Of a stretch of DNA of 64,000 nucleotides, positions 8,648-16,909 are shown one piece after another. The position numbers and the translations under genes are program-made. The DNA is from Gammaproteobacteria bacterium. Its GTDB lineage: Bacteria; Pseudomonadota; Gammaproteobacteria; Burkholderiales; SHXO01. Position 1 is the first letter of the stretch, and each line of letters opens with the position of its first letter. The notes under the pieces were generated by a model. That model was given only the letters and a program-made list of their open reading frames with translations. It searched no databases and had not been told where the DNA came from. The stretch is taken from assembly GCA_041488255.1 (NCBI GenBank), contig JBGPOV010000003.1, forward strand, positions 13,247-77,246, given 5' to 3'.

Positions 8648-9151
8648 TTGGTGTTTAGGCAGAGGGCCAAGACAGCCAGGCGCACGTCCGGCTCAGCGGC
8701 CACGCGGACCGGTTCCCAGTGGCGCTCCAGGGCCAACTGGCGCAGATTCGGGTTCACGCTGGTCGAAGCGGTCATCACGCTGGTCGTCATGAGCATCCTC
8801 TGCGCCTCCGCCGTCAACAGCTACAGTTCCTACGCGAAACGCGCACGCGCCGTCGACGCGGTGGAGCAGCTCGACCAGTTCCGCACCCATATGGAAAAGG
8901 CATTCCAGGACAACGGCAACTACGGTGCCGCCGCATGCGCTGTGAACCCGCCGACCGGAGTGGACAAGTTCGCGTTCTCCTGCCAGCTTGGGCAGAACGG
9001 GCAGGCCTTCGCCGCCAATGCGACTGGGTTCGCGAGCATGGCTGGGTACGTGTTCAGCATCAATGAGCAGGGATTCAGACGCACCGAAGCGTTCCCCGGC
9101 GCCGCCGTGCCGGCCGATTGCTGGATGGTGGAGAAGGACAAGTGCCGATGA
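8648..9151 (+). CDS. pilE: Type IV pilin, PilE-like, with an atypically long basic prepeptide
   Basis: Prepilin cleavage/methylation motif RRFG|FTLVEAV, hydrophobic alpha1-N helix, C-terminal Cys pair (..ADCWMVEKDKC). The nearest in-frame starts are TTG 8648 and GTG 8651, downstream of GGAGG at 8637-8641. The track ORF starts at GTG 8615. Confidence 0.8.
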   Translation: MVFRQRAKTARRTSGSAATRTGSQWRSRANWRRFGFTLVEAVITLVVMSILCASAVNSYSSYAKRARAVDAVEQLDQFRTHMEKAFQDNGNYGAAACAVNPPTGVDKFAFSCQLGQNGQAFAANATGFASMAGYVFSINEQGFRRTEAFPGAAVPADCWMVEKDKCR

Positions 9152-9657
9152 AGCCCACTGCAGGATTCTCCCTGATCGAGCTGCTCCTGGTGCTGGTGGT
9201 TGTGGGTATCCTGACCGCCATCGCGTTGCCGACGATGCGCATACACCTGGCGAACGCGGACGTCCGCGGCGTGGCCGAGGAGATGCGAAGCGGCCTTGAG
9301 CTGGCGCGCACCGAGGCGATCCGGCGCAACACCAGCGTTCAATTCCAACGCAACGGCACCGGCTGGACCGTGGTAGTGCCGGGCGCCAACCTCGGCCAGG
9401 ACTTGCTGGTGGCCACGCGCGCGACGCGACAGACGCAGGTCAGCGTGACCACCGACACCGACAACGTTGCCTTCAATGGCTCCGGCTGGACCACACCGTT
9501 CGGCCAGACCATGAACATTGCGCTGCAGGCGAGCGGCGTGAGCGCGTGCCGTCCGACAGGCGGGATCTACTGCCTGAACGTTGTGGTCGCGGCCGGCGGG
9601 CTGGTCCGAAGCTGCGATCCGTCGGCTCAAATCGGCAGCCCGACTGCCTGCAACTGA
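9148..9657 (+). CDS. fimT: GspH/FimT family minor pilin
   Basis: MKPTAG|FSLIELLLVLVVVGIL prepilin motif and a GspH-like body. ATGA overlap with the upstream stop. Confidence 0.85.
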   Translation: MKPTAGFSLIELLLVLVVVGILTAIALPTMRIHLANADVRGVAEEMRSGLELARTEAIRRNTSVQFQRNGTGWTVVVPGANLGQDLLVATRATRQTQVSVTTDTDNVAFNGSGWTTPFGQTMNIALQASGVSACRPTGGIYCLNVVVAAGGLVRSCDPSAQIGSPTACN

Positions 9658-9669
9658 ACCAGGAGGTAC

Positions 9670-10104
9670 ATGAAGCACTATCAATCGGGCGGTGGTCTCG
9701 TCGAGGGCCTCATGTCGCTGGTTGTGCTCTCGGTTGGCATCCTCGGTCTGATCGGCATGCAGGCCACGCTGATCCAGGACAGCAGTGAGAGCCGCGTGCG
9801 CATGCAAGCGGGGTTCTTCGCTACCAGCGTCCTGGGCATGGCTGCTGCCAACCCGCAGAACGTGGGCTGCTTCATCGTGAACAGCGCACAGTCCGCGGCG
9901 TGCACCAGCCCGGATGCACAAACGCAGGCATCAGGCTGGCTCGATCAGGTCATTAACGCCCTGCCGGGCGCGGCGGGTGTGCCGCCGCAGGTGGCCTACG
10001 ACAATGCTAACGGGCACCTTACTGTAACGCTGCGCTGGCAGATGAGGGGCGACACCGTGGTCCACAACTACGTTGCCGCAACGCAGGTGAGCACCGGGCT
10101 GTGA
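9670..10104 (+). CDS. pilV: Type IV pilus modification protein / minor pilin PilV
   Basis: LVEGLMSLVVLSVGILGLIGMQ is the PilV N-terminal pattern. Position in the fimT-pilVWXY1 order supports the call. Confidence 0.8.
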   Translation: MKHYQSGGGLVEGLMSLVVLSVGILGLIGMQATLIQDSSESRVRMQAGFFATSVLGMAAANPQNVGCFIVNSAQSAACTSPDAQTQASGWLDQVINALPGAAGVPPQVAYDNANGHLTVTLRWQMRGDTVVHNYVAATQVSTGL

Positions 10105-11177
10105 AAGTGATGTACAGACACCAGTCGGGCATGAGCCTGGTCGAGCTCATGGTCGGCATCCTGGTGGGGCTGCTGGTAGTGATGGCGGCGTCCGGGTCGC
10201 TGGCCTTCTTCGACAGACAACGCAGGACCTCACTGTCGGGTAATGCAGCCATGAACAGCGGTGTCATGGCTGGCTACATGATGCAGCGTGACCTGCGCAA
10301 CGCTGGGGTGGGCCTGATGAATGCCACGCAGCTCGGTTGCACCGGCCTGAACCTTTACTACAACAACGCCACACGCGCCGACGGCGCTGCGGTAGCACCG
10401 GCGCAGATCACGGACGGCGGCGCCGGTCCGGATGCCGTGACCGTGTTCTTCACCGACTCGGTCCTGGGCAGCGCGCCGGTACAGCTGACGCACGGGCTGA
10501 CAGCGCCGGGCGATAACCTGCGAGTCAACTCGACCTCGGGTCTGCAGATTGGCGACGTGGTATTAATCGCCAGCTCTGTCCCGACCGACCCGTGCACCGT
10601 GGCCCAGATTTCAAGCATCACACCAGTGGCCACGGAGGTCGAGTTGGCGCACGCCGCCGGCCCGAGCCGCCCCTGGAACGCACCCAACCCCGGCGCTGCC
10701 TTCGCCAACGCTCCGCTGTATCCCGCTGGCGGGGGGGTGGTCAAGGCCGGCAATACGCTCACCTGGCGCCGCTACAGTGTGGCCAACGGTGCGCTTAACG
10801 CCACCGACCTGGTCACGGGCAATGCCATCCAGGTGGCCGCAAACGTGGTAAGCCTGCAGGCACAGTACGGTGTCACCGACGGCATCAGCAATGAGGTCCG
10901 GCGCTGGGTGGATGCGACCGCCGAATGGGCGAATCCCACGGCGGACCTGATCATGCGCATCCGCGCGGTGCGCTTCTCGGTGGTGGTGCGCAGTGACCGC
11001 AAGGAGCTCGTCAACGATGGCGCGGGCAATTGCGTCGTCACTGCGGTGGCCCCCTCGCCCTGGCCGGATGTGGCGGCGCTAGACCTGTCGGCGGACCCGG
11101 ACTGGCACTGCTACCGCTACCAGGTGTACGCCTCGATCGCACCGCTCAAGAACGTCGTCTGGAGCGTGTCCCAATGA
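10101..11177 (+). CDS. pilW: Type IV pilus assembly protein / minor pilin PilW
   Basis: QSGMSLVELMVGILVGLLVV N-terminus, size about 355 aa. The start is either GTG 10101 (GTGA overlap) or ATG 10110. Confidence 0.85.
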   Translation: MKVMYRHQSGMSLVELMVGILVGLLVVMAASGSLAFFDRQRRTSLSGNAAMNSGVMAGYMMQRDLRNAGVGLMNATQLGCTGLNLYYNNATRADGAAVAPAQITDGGAGPDAVTVFFTDSVLGSAPVQLTHGLTAPGDNLRVNSTSGLQIGDVVLIASSVPTDPCTVAQISSITPVATEVELAHAAGPSRPWNAPNPGAAFANAPLYPAGGGVVKAGNTLTWRRYSVANGALNATDLVTGNAIQVAANVVSLQAQYGVTDGISNEVRRWVDATAEWANPTADLIMRIRAVRFSVVVRSDRKELVNDGAGNCVVTAVAPSPWPDVAALDLSADPDWHCYRYQVYASIAPLKNVVWSVSQ

Positions 11178-11707
11178 GGCGCCGGCAACGCCAGAGGGGC
11201 ATGTCCCTCATCATTGTGCTCGTGGTGCTGGCGATGGTGCTGGTCGGAGGGCTCGCCATGCTGCGCTCGAGCGAAGTGTCGTCTCTGGTGGCAGGCAACG
11301 TGTCTTTCAAGGAGGCGGCTACTCAGGCCACCGACATCGGCATCAGCGATGCAGCCAAGGCGCTCGACGCCATGGCCAACATGGACAGCAACATCGCCAA
11401 CGTCTATTTCGCCACGCGCCAAGCGGAGGACAACTACGGCCTTCCGACCACGGTCGATTGGTCGGCGGTGCCCGCCTCGGCGGTGGGCAACTACAGCGTG
11501 CAGCACGTGGTAGAGCGCCTGTGCCAAACCACGCCGGTGACCGACCCGCTTGCCGATTGCATGGTACGTGATGCGGAGGCGCCGGGCAGCAACAAGGTCG
11601 GGTCGCAGGCATACAAGAATCCGGCCACCGTCTACTACCGGATCACCGTCCGCGTCACTGGCCCCAAGAGCGCCAGCGCTTTCGTGCAGGCACTGGTCCT
11701 GAAATAG
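11174..11707 (+). CDS. pilX: Minor pilin PilX (PilX N-terminal domain)
   Basis: MRRRQRQRGMSLIIVLVVLAMVLVGGLAMLRSS. ATGA overlap with the pilW stop. Confidence 0.8.
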   Translation: MRRRQRQRGMSLIIVLVVLAMVLVGGLAMLRSSEVSSLVAGNVSFKEAATQATDIGISDAAKALDAMANMDSNIANVYFATRQAEDNYGLPTTVDWSAVPASAVGNYSVQHVVERLCQTTPVTDPLADCMVRDAEAPGSNKVGSQAYKNPATVYYRITVRVTGPKSASAFVQALVLK

Positions 11708-11772
11708 ATTTCGATTGCCCGCCGCCCAACGCGGCGCGAATCGCCCGCCACAAGACACAAGAGGTGTCCGAA

Positions 11773-14700
11773 ATGATGCGCACAACCTCGCATACAGCCG
11801 TCGCCTGGCTGTGGATCGCTCTGCTGGAGATGTCCCCGGCGGCGCAGGGAGCCAGCGTGGCCAACATGGACATCTCGACAGTGCCGCTTGACGTGCGCAG
11901 CGCCGCCAAGCCGAACATCATCTTCGGACTGGACGACTCGGGTTCGATGGATTTCGAAGTGCTGCTCAACACCAACGACGGGGCGGCCTGGTGGCTGAAG
12001 CCCTCGTCCGGCACTCCGTCTTTCACCGACGGCAGCGGCAAGCTGTGGTTCAACGCCAACGGCAACCCTGGAAACGACAGCAGCGGCACTTGGTACAAGT
12101 ACGCGTATCTGTTCCCCGACGGTACCGCTTCCGACGCGCGCGTCCTATCCGACAATACCTACGACCACTATGCTATCGCGCCGATCCCGGCGTTCGCCTT
12201 CTTCCGCAGTCACCAGTACAACCCGCTCTACTACGATCCCCAGGCCATTTACGCGCCCTGGGCCCCCGCCTACCTGAGCGGCGCCACGCGCACGTTCTCC
12301 GCCGCCAGCAGCAGCGCCGCGCGCAGCCACCCGTGGCTGCCTACTGCCGGGTCGCCAACCACCGTCAATCTTACGACCAACCTGTCCTCCGCGGCGGCGA
12401 ACTGGACCTTCCGCATGCTGCCGGGGATGACCATACCGGGCGCGAGCATCTCCGGAATCGTGGGCCGCCGCAACGCCGGCACCTGGAATAACGTTACGAC
12501 CAATCTGGCGATCGCACCGGGCGACACCTGGGATGTGGAGATTCCTTACTATCTGGCGACCTACTACGTGGTCGACAGCACGTGCTCGGCCGCCGAGCTG
12601 ACTAGCGGCGCGTGCGCCACTGCTCCTGACGGCCAGAAGCTGCGCCGCTACGAGATCAAGAGCGGCAACGCGTTCCCGTCGGGTCGCACTTACGCGGCCG
12701 AGATGCAGAACTTCGCCAACTGGTTCACCTATTACCGCAAGCGGAAGCTGATGCTCGCTGCGGCAATGGGCCAGGTGCTGTCCCAAGTGCGCGACGTGCG
12801 CGGCGGGATCGTCAAGTTCAACTCGCGCTCGGCGGTGACGATGTACGACTTCAACGCGACGACCGACAGCCAGAACTATCGGCAGCTGCTGGGAACCGTG
12901 GACACCAACCCGTCCAACGGGGGCACGCCCACGCGCGACGCGCTTGATTACATCGGACAGCAGTACATGCGTACCGACGGCAGCGCGCCGATCCAGTACG
13001 CTTGCCAGCGCAATGCGGCGTTCATCCTGACCGACGGCTTCGCCAACGCGAGCGGGCCGACCGTGGCCGCTTATAACAAGACCACCTGGGGCAATGCTGC
13101 GCCGTTCACCCAGATCTTCAACAATACCCTGGCCGACATCGCGCTGTATTACTTCACCACCAACCTGCAGCCGACCATGCAGGCCGGGCTGGTTCCGTTC
13201 GACCCCACCAACACGCGCCCGGACGCGGACCGCAACCCCAACCTACACCTCAACACCTACGGCCTGACGCTGGGATCGAAGGGTACTATCTTTGGTGTGA
13301 ATCAGCAGCAGACCGACAATCCGTTCAGTTACCCACCGAGCTGGCCCAACCCGAGCCAGAACCGCAACCCCACCTCGGTAGACGACCTCTGGCACGCCGC
13401 CATCAATGGGCGCGGGCAGATGTATACGACGAGCGATGTGACGGGCACGGTGTCCAAGATCCAAGCCATGGTCGCCGACCTTCTCAACAAATCCGGCTCG
13501 GCGGCCGCCGTGGCGGTATCCAACGTAAACATCCGCGCCGGCGACAACACGGCCTACGCCTCGGCCTATTCCACCGGCGGCTGGTACGGCGACCTGCTCG
13601 CGTTCTCGGTCGACGTCACGACGGGGAACGTGGCCACCAACACGCCGCTGTGGTCGGCGCGTGACGTGCTGGAGACGCGCAACCCGACCACGCGCCTCAT
13701 CGCCACCTACAATCCCACGTCGCACACGGGCGCCCCTTTCGAGTGGGCGAGCCTTGACTCGACCCAGCAGTCGCAACTGTCCACCATCGCCTCCGCGCCC
13801 ACCCTGACCAACGGTCAGGAGACGCTCAATTTCCTGCGCGGCGACCGCACGCACGAGGCCGACGGGTACCGCATCCGCGCATACATCCTGGGTGACATAG
13901 TCGATGCGGAGCCGGTGTCGGTGCGCGGCGCGGTGGGTGAGTACGCCGACACCGGGTATACGGTGTTCCGCAACACCCAGGATACGCGCAGGGCCATGGT
14001 CTACCAGGCCGCCAATGACGGCATGCTGCACGCCTTCGACGCCGCGACCGGTGCGGAGTCTTGGGCATATATACCCGACCTGGTGTTCCCCGGCCTGTCG
14101 GAGCTGGCCTCGCCCAGCTACACGCACCACTTCTATACCGACGGCACGCCCACTGTGGGCGATGTCGACTTCACCAACACCTTCGGCGCTAGCGGCAGCG
14201 CCGACTGGCGTACCATCCTCGTGGGCGGGCTACGCTCGGGCGGCAAGGGCTATTACGCGCTGAACGTCACCTCCCCCGACGCTATCGACGAGAACGCGGT
14301 CGCGAGCAAAGTGCTGTGGGAGTTTCCCAACGCCAGCACGTCGCAGACGGTGGTCGACAATCTGGGCTACAGCTTCGGCAAACCGCTGATCGTCAAGACC
14401 CACGCGTATGGCTGGGTGGTCGTGGTCAGCTCCGGCTACAACGCCACCGCAGGTGACGCGAAGGGCCATCTCTTGTTCCTCAACCCGCGCAATGGCAACG
14501 TGCTCAAGGAGCTGGTCACCACCGACGGCACCTCGGGCAACCAGGCCAACCTGGGCCAGATCTCGGGCTTCGTGCTGAACGGCCAGGCCGACCTGACGGT
14601 GGAGCAGTTCTACGGCGGGGACAACCTGGGCAACATCTGGCGCTTCGACGTCTCCGCGCCCAACTCCGCGTCCTGGAGTGTGGCCAGGCTGGCCGCGCTG

Positions 14701-15342
14701 ACCGACGCGACGGGCAACCCGCAGCCGGTGACCTCGGCGCCGGAACTGGTCACGGTCAAGGGCAAGCGCGTAGTGCTGGTGGGAACGGGCAGGCTGCTTG
14801 GCGATACCGACGTCAGCAGCACTGCTGTGCAGTCGGTTTACGCCATCGTGGATGACGGCACGGCCGCCCCGCAGGTCAGCCCACTGCGCTCGAAGCTCAC
14901 GCACAAGATTCTGACCGTTGCCCCCGGTGGGATACGCAATGTCAACTCCGATGCGGTTGACTGGACGAACAGCTCCGGCTGGTATTTCGATCTGCCGGCG
15001 GGCGAGCGCGTGTCCGGCGATCCGACCGCCGTATATGGCACGCTGATTTTCACCACCAACCAACCTTCCCCGGTGGCCTGTTCGTCCGGCAGCTTTCTGT
15101 ATGCTGTCGACATCAACACCGGTGGCCAGGTCGCGCAATCGAACTTCGCGACGGGCGAGGTGGGCTGGACCGGGAAGTCTCTGGCTCAGAGCCTGTCGAC
15201 CAGGCCGGTCGTGGTCGTACTGCCCAGCGGGCAGGTCAATTCCCTGGTGCGCAGCGCCGATGGCGGCATCATGTCCAACCGCCTGCCGCTGTCCTGGAAC
15301 CGCCAGGTGAAGAAGGTCTCCTGGAAGGAGATCATCCGCTAG
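11773..15342 (+). CDS. pilY1: Type IV pilus tip adhesin / biogenesis factor PilY1 (vWA domain plus PilC/PilY1 beta-propeller)
   Basis: Signal peptide. vWA MIDAS IIFGLDDSGSMD (11932-11952). PilY1 family motifs GGLRSGGKGYYALNVT and FYGGDNLGNIWRFDV. Confidence 0.9.
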   Translation: MMRTTSHTAVAWLWIALLEMSPAAQGASVANMDISTVPLDVRSAAKPNIIFGLDDSGSMDFEVLLNTNDGAAWWLKPSSGTPSFTDGSGKLWFNANGNPGNDSSGTWYKYAYLFPDGTASDARVLSDNTYDHYAIAPIPAFAFFRSHQYNPLYYDPQAIYAPWAPAYLSGATRTFSAASSSAARSHPWLPTAGSPTTVNLTTNLSSAAANWTFRMLPGMTIPGASISGIVGRRNAGTWNNVTTNLAIAPGDTWDVEIPYYLATYYVVDSTCSAAELTSGACATAPDGQKLRRYEIKSGNAFPSGRTYAAEMQNFANWFTYYRKRKLMLAAAMGQVLSQVRDVRGGIVKFNSRSAVTMYDFNATTDSQNYRQLLGTVDTNPSNGGTPTRDALDYIGQQYMRTDGSAPIQYACQRNAAFILTDGFANASGPTVAAYNKTTWGNAAPFTQIFNNTLADIALYYFTTNLQPTMQAGLVPFDPTNTRPDADRNPNLHLNTYGLTLGSKGTIFGVNQQQTDNPFSYPPSWPNPSQNRNPTSVDDLWHAAINGRGQMYTTSDVTGTVSKIQAMVADLLNKSGSAAAVAVSNVNIRAGDNTAYASAYSTGGWYGDLLAFSVDVTTGNVATNTPLWSARDVLETRNPTTRLIATYNPTSHTGAPFEWASLDSTQQSQLSTIASAPTLTNGQETLNFLRGDRTHEADGYRIRAYILGDIVDAEPVSVRGAVGEYADTGYTVFRNTQDTRRAMVYQAANDGMLHAFDAATGAESWAYIPDLVFPGLSELASPSYTHHFYTDGTPTVGDVDFTNTFGASGSADWRTILVGGLRSGGKGYYALNVTSPDAIDENAVASKVLWEFPNASTSQTVVDNLGYSFGKPLIVKTHAYGWVVVVSSGYNATAGDAKGHLLFLNPRNGNVLKELVTTDGTSGNQANLGQISGFVLNGQADLTVEQFYGGDNLGNIWRFDVSAPNSASWSVARLAALTDATGNPQPVTSAPELVTVKGKRVVLVGTGRLLGDTDVSSTAVQSVYAIVDDGTAAPQVSPLRSKLTHKILTVAPGGIRNVNSDAVDWTNSSGWYFDLPAGERVSGDPTAVYGTLIFTTNQPSPVACSSGSFLYAVDINTGGQVAQSNFATGEVGWTGKSLAQSLSTRPVVVVLPSGQVNSLVRSADGGIMSNRLPLSWNRQVKKVSWKEIIR

Positions 15343-15644
15343 CTAGGGTCGAGCTTCGCGCCGCGCACGATGCCGTCATCCTTGTAGCAGCGCTCGGGCG
15401 TCGATTCCTCGCGGCGTTCCCCCTCGGCTCAAACCCGGCAAGCGGAGGAAGTGCCCAGCAGAGCGATAACGCTGAGCGCGACCTGGTTGAGCGGCCGCAT
15501 CAGCGCTACACCCCAATCAGTGCGACCGCTTCCCGCGGCGTCCCGAATACGACGCAGGCCGGCCCGTCCTCAGCGAGGGTGTCGGGGCGGGTTGCCTCGT
15601 CTCCAGAATGCCTGCTGCGCCGGTTGGCGGCCGCGCGAGTGGCG

Positions 15645-16478
15645 TCAGCCGCCGCGGCGTGCATCGGGCTTGGCCAACTCGTAGACGGTCTTGCCGCGTA
15701 GGCGGAAAATGTCGGAGACGTGGAACAGGCTCTCGGAGTGGCCCACGAACAGGAGGCCGTCGATGTGCAGCAACGGGGCAAAGCGACGCAAGATCGTGCC
15801 CTGGGTTGGCCTGTCGAAGTAGATCATCACGTTGCGGCAGAAGACAGCGTCGAAGGGGCCACGCACAGGCCAAGTGTGGTCGAGCAGATTGATGCGCCGG
15901 AAGCTGACGAGTTTGCGCAGCTCGGGCCGTACGCGGCCGTATCCCGCCTGATCCCCGATGCCGCGCAAGAAGAAGCGCTTGACGCGCGCGGCGCCCATCT
16001 TCTCCAGCCGATCCAGCGGGTAGATCCCTTCCTCCGCCTTTCTTAGGACCTGCGTGTCCACATCGGTGGCCAGGATTGAGACTGGCGGTGTGAAGGTGCC
16101 GAAGGTTTCCACCAGGGTGATTGCCATGGAATAGGGTTCCTCACCGGTGGACGACGCGCAGCACCAGAGCTGACTCGGCCGGCCCTTCGGCGCCCGGGCC
16201 ACGTGTTCCGCGAGGATGGCAAAGTGGTGCTCCTCGCGGAAGAAGTTGGTGAGGTTGGTGGTGAGCGCGTTGGTGAACGCTTCCCACTCTACTTCGTCTC
16301 CGGCCTCCAGCACGGCCAGATAGTCGGAAAAGCGCCGCAGGCCGCGTGCGCGCAGCCGGCGCGCCAAACGGCTATACACCATGTCTTGTTTCGCTTCTGA
16401 CAGCCAGATGCCGGCCCGCTCGTGGATGAGCTGGCGAATGCGCTGGAACTCCTTGCGGGCGAAGTGGTACTCGCGCAT
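15645..16478 (-). CDS. cheR: Chemotaxis protein methyltransferase CheR (orphan; possibly PilK-like)
   Basis: CheR N-terminal helical domain (REYHFARKEFQRIRQLIHERAGI) and SAM domain (TNFFREEHHF, WCCASSTGEEPYS). ATG at 16478. The track ORF extends upstream into the cheW-like remnant. Confidence 0.85.
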   Translation of the reverse strand: MREYHFARKEFQRIRQLIHERAGIWLSEAKQDMVYSRLARRLRARGLRRFSDYLAVLEAGDEVEWEAFTNALTTNLTNFFREEHHFAILAEHVARAPKGRPSQLWCCASSTGEEPYSMAITLVETFGTFTPPVSILATDVDTQVLRKAEEGIYPLDRLEKMGAARVKRFFLRGIGDQAGYGRVRPELRKLVSFRRINLLDHTWPVRGPFDAVFCRNVMIYFDRPTQGTILRRFAPLLHIDGLLFVGHSESLFHVSDIFRLRGKTVYELAKPDARRGG

Positions 16479-16550
16479 CTCGGCGGAGGGGGCGGGCGGC
16501 GGGGGCGCAGTGGGCTTGTTCTTCACGTCGCGTCTAAGCGGGCTCGAGAC

Positions 16551-16861
16551 CGGCACCGGCTTGATCTGGCCGCGGGCCAGGGCGATCACCTCGAAGACAT
16601 TGGCCACCGCCACTCCCGTGATGCGGTCAGCGACGCTCCGGATGATGACCACGGTAAATGGTTTGTAATCGGCCGCTCCCAGCGCGACTTTAGGCGCGTG
16701 CCCAGCACAGGGATCACCAGCATACGCAACTCGATTGCGCCATTGATGGACGCTGACCGGTTTGCGATGTGAGCCGCTACGCCGGCCTCAGCCGCACCGT
16801 GCGCTCGTCGGGGGGTCAGCGTGAGAAGGCGTTTGGCTCGGACGCGCGGACTCTTTGCATA
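16551..16861 (-). pseudogene. cheW: cheW remnant: frameshifted, no start codon, C-terminal third missing
   Basis: Frame B reads ..HIANRSASINGAIELRMLVIPVLGTRLK, compare E. coli CheW [29 protein letters not shown]. After a 1-nt shift near 16686-16692 the cheR frame reads VALGAADYKPFTVVIIRSVADRITGVAVANVFEVIALARGQIKPVP, compare [43 protein letters not shown]. Confidence 0.6.
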
Positions 16862-16909
16862 TCATCACACGTGCGCGAGCATCGGACGGCGAGGTCCAGA
16901 CATACCGCT

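Noticed and set aside
8920-15138. Long minus-strand ORFs within the pilus operon (8920..9921, 11117..11785, 12145..12786, 13243..14130, 14230..15138)
   Set aside because: All are antisense to pilE/fimT/pilV/pilX/pilY1, which have clear prepilin or PilY1 motifs. Their products are Arg/Gly/His-rich and low-complexity.
15339-15500. Small minus-strand lipoprotein-like ORF downstream of cheR (MRPLNQVALSVIALLGTSSAC RV * AEGERREESTPERCYKDDGIVRGAKLDPS) whose stop overlaps the pilY1 stop
   Set aside because: An in-frame TGA at 15431-15429 falls after codon 23. The SD is weak, the lipobox is poor (SSAC), and I see no SECIS-like evidence. It is most likely not a gene, or a dead one. It would only be worth revisiting if orthologues show an intact 53-codon frame.
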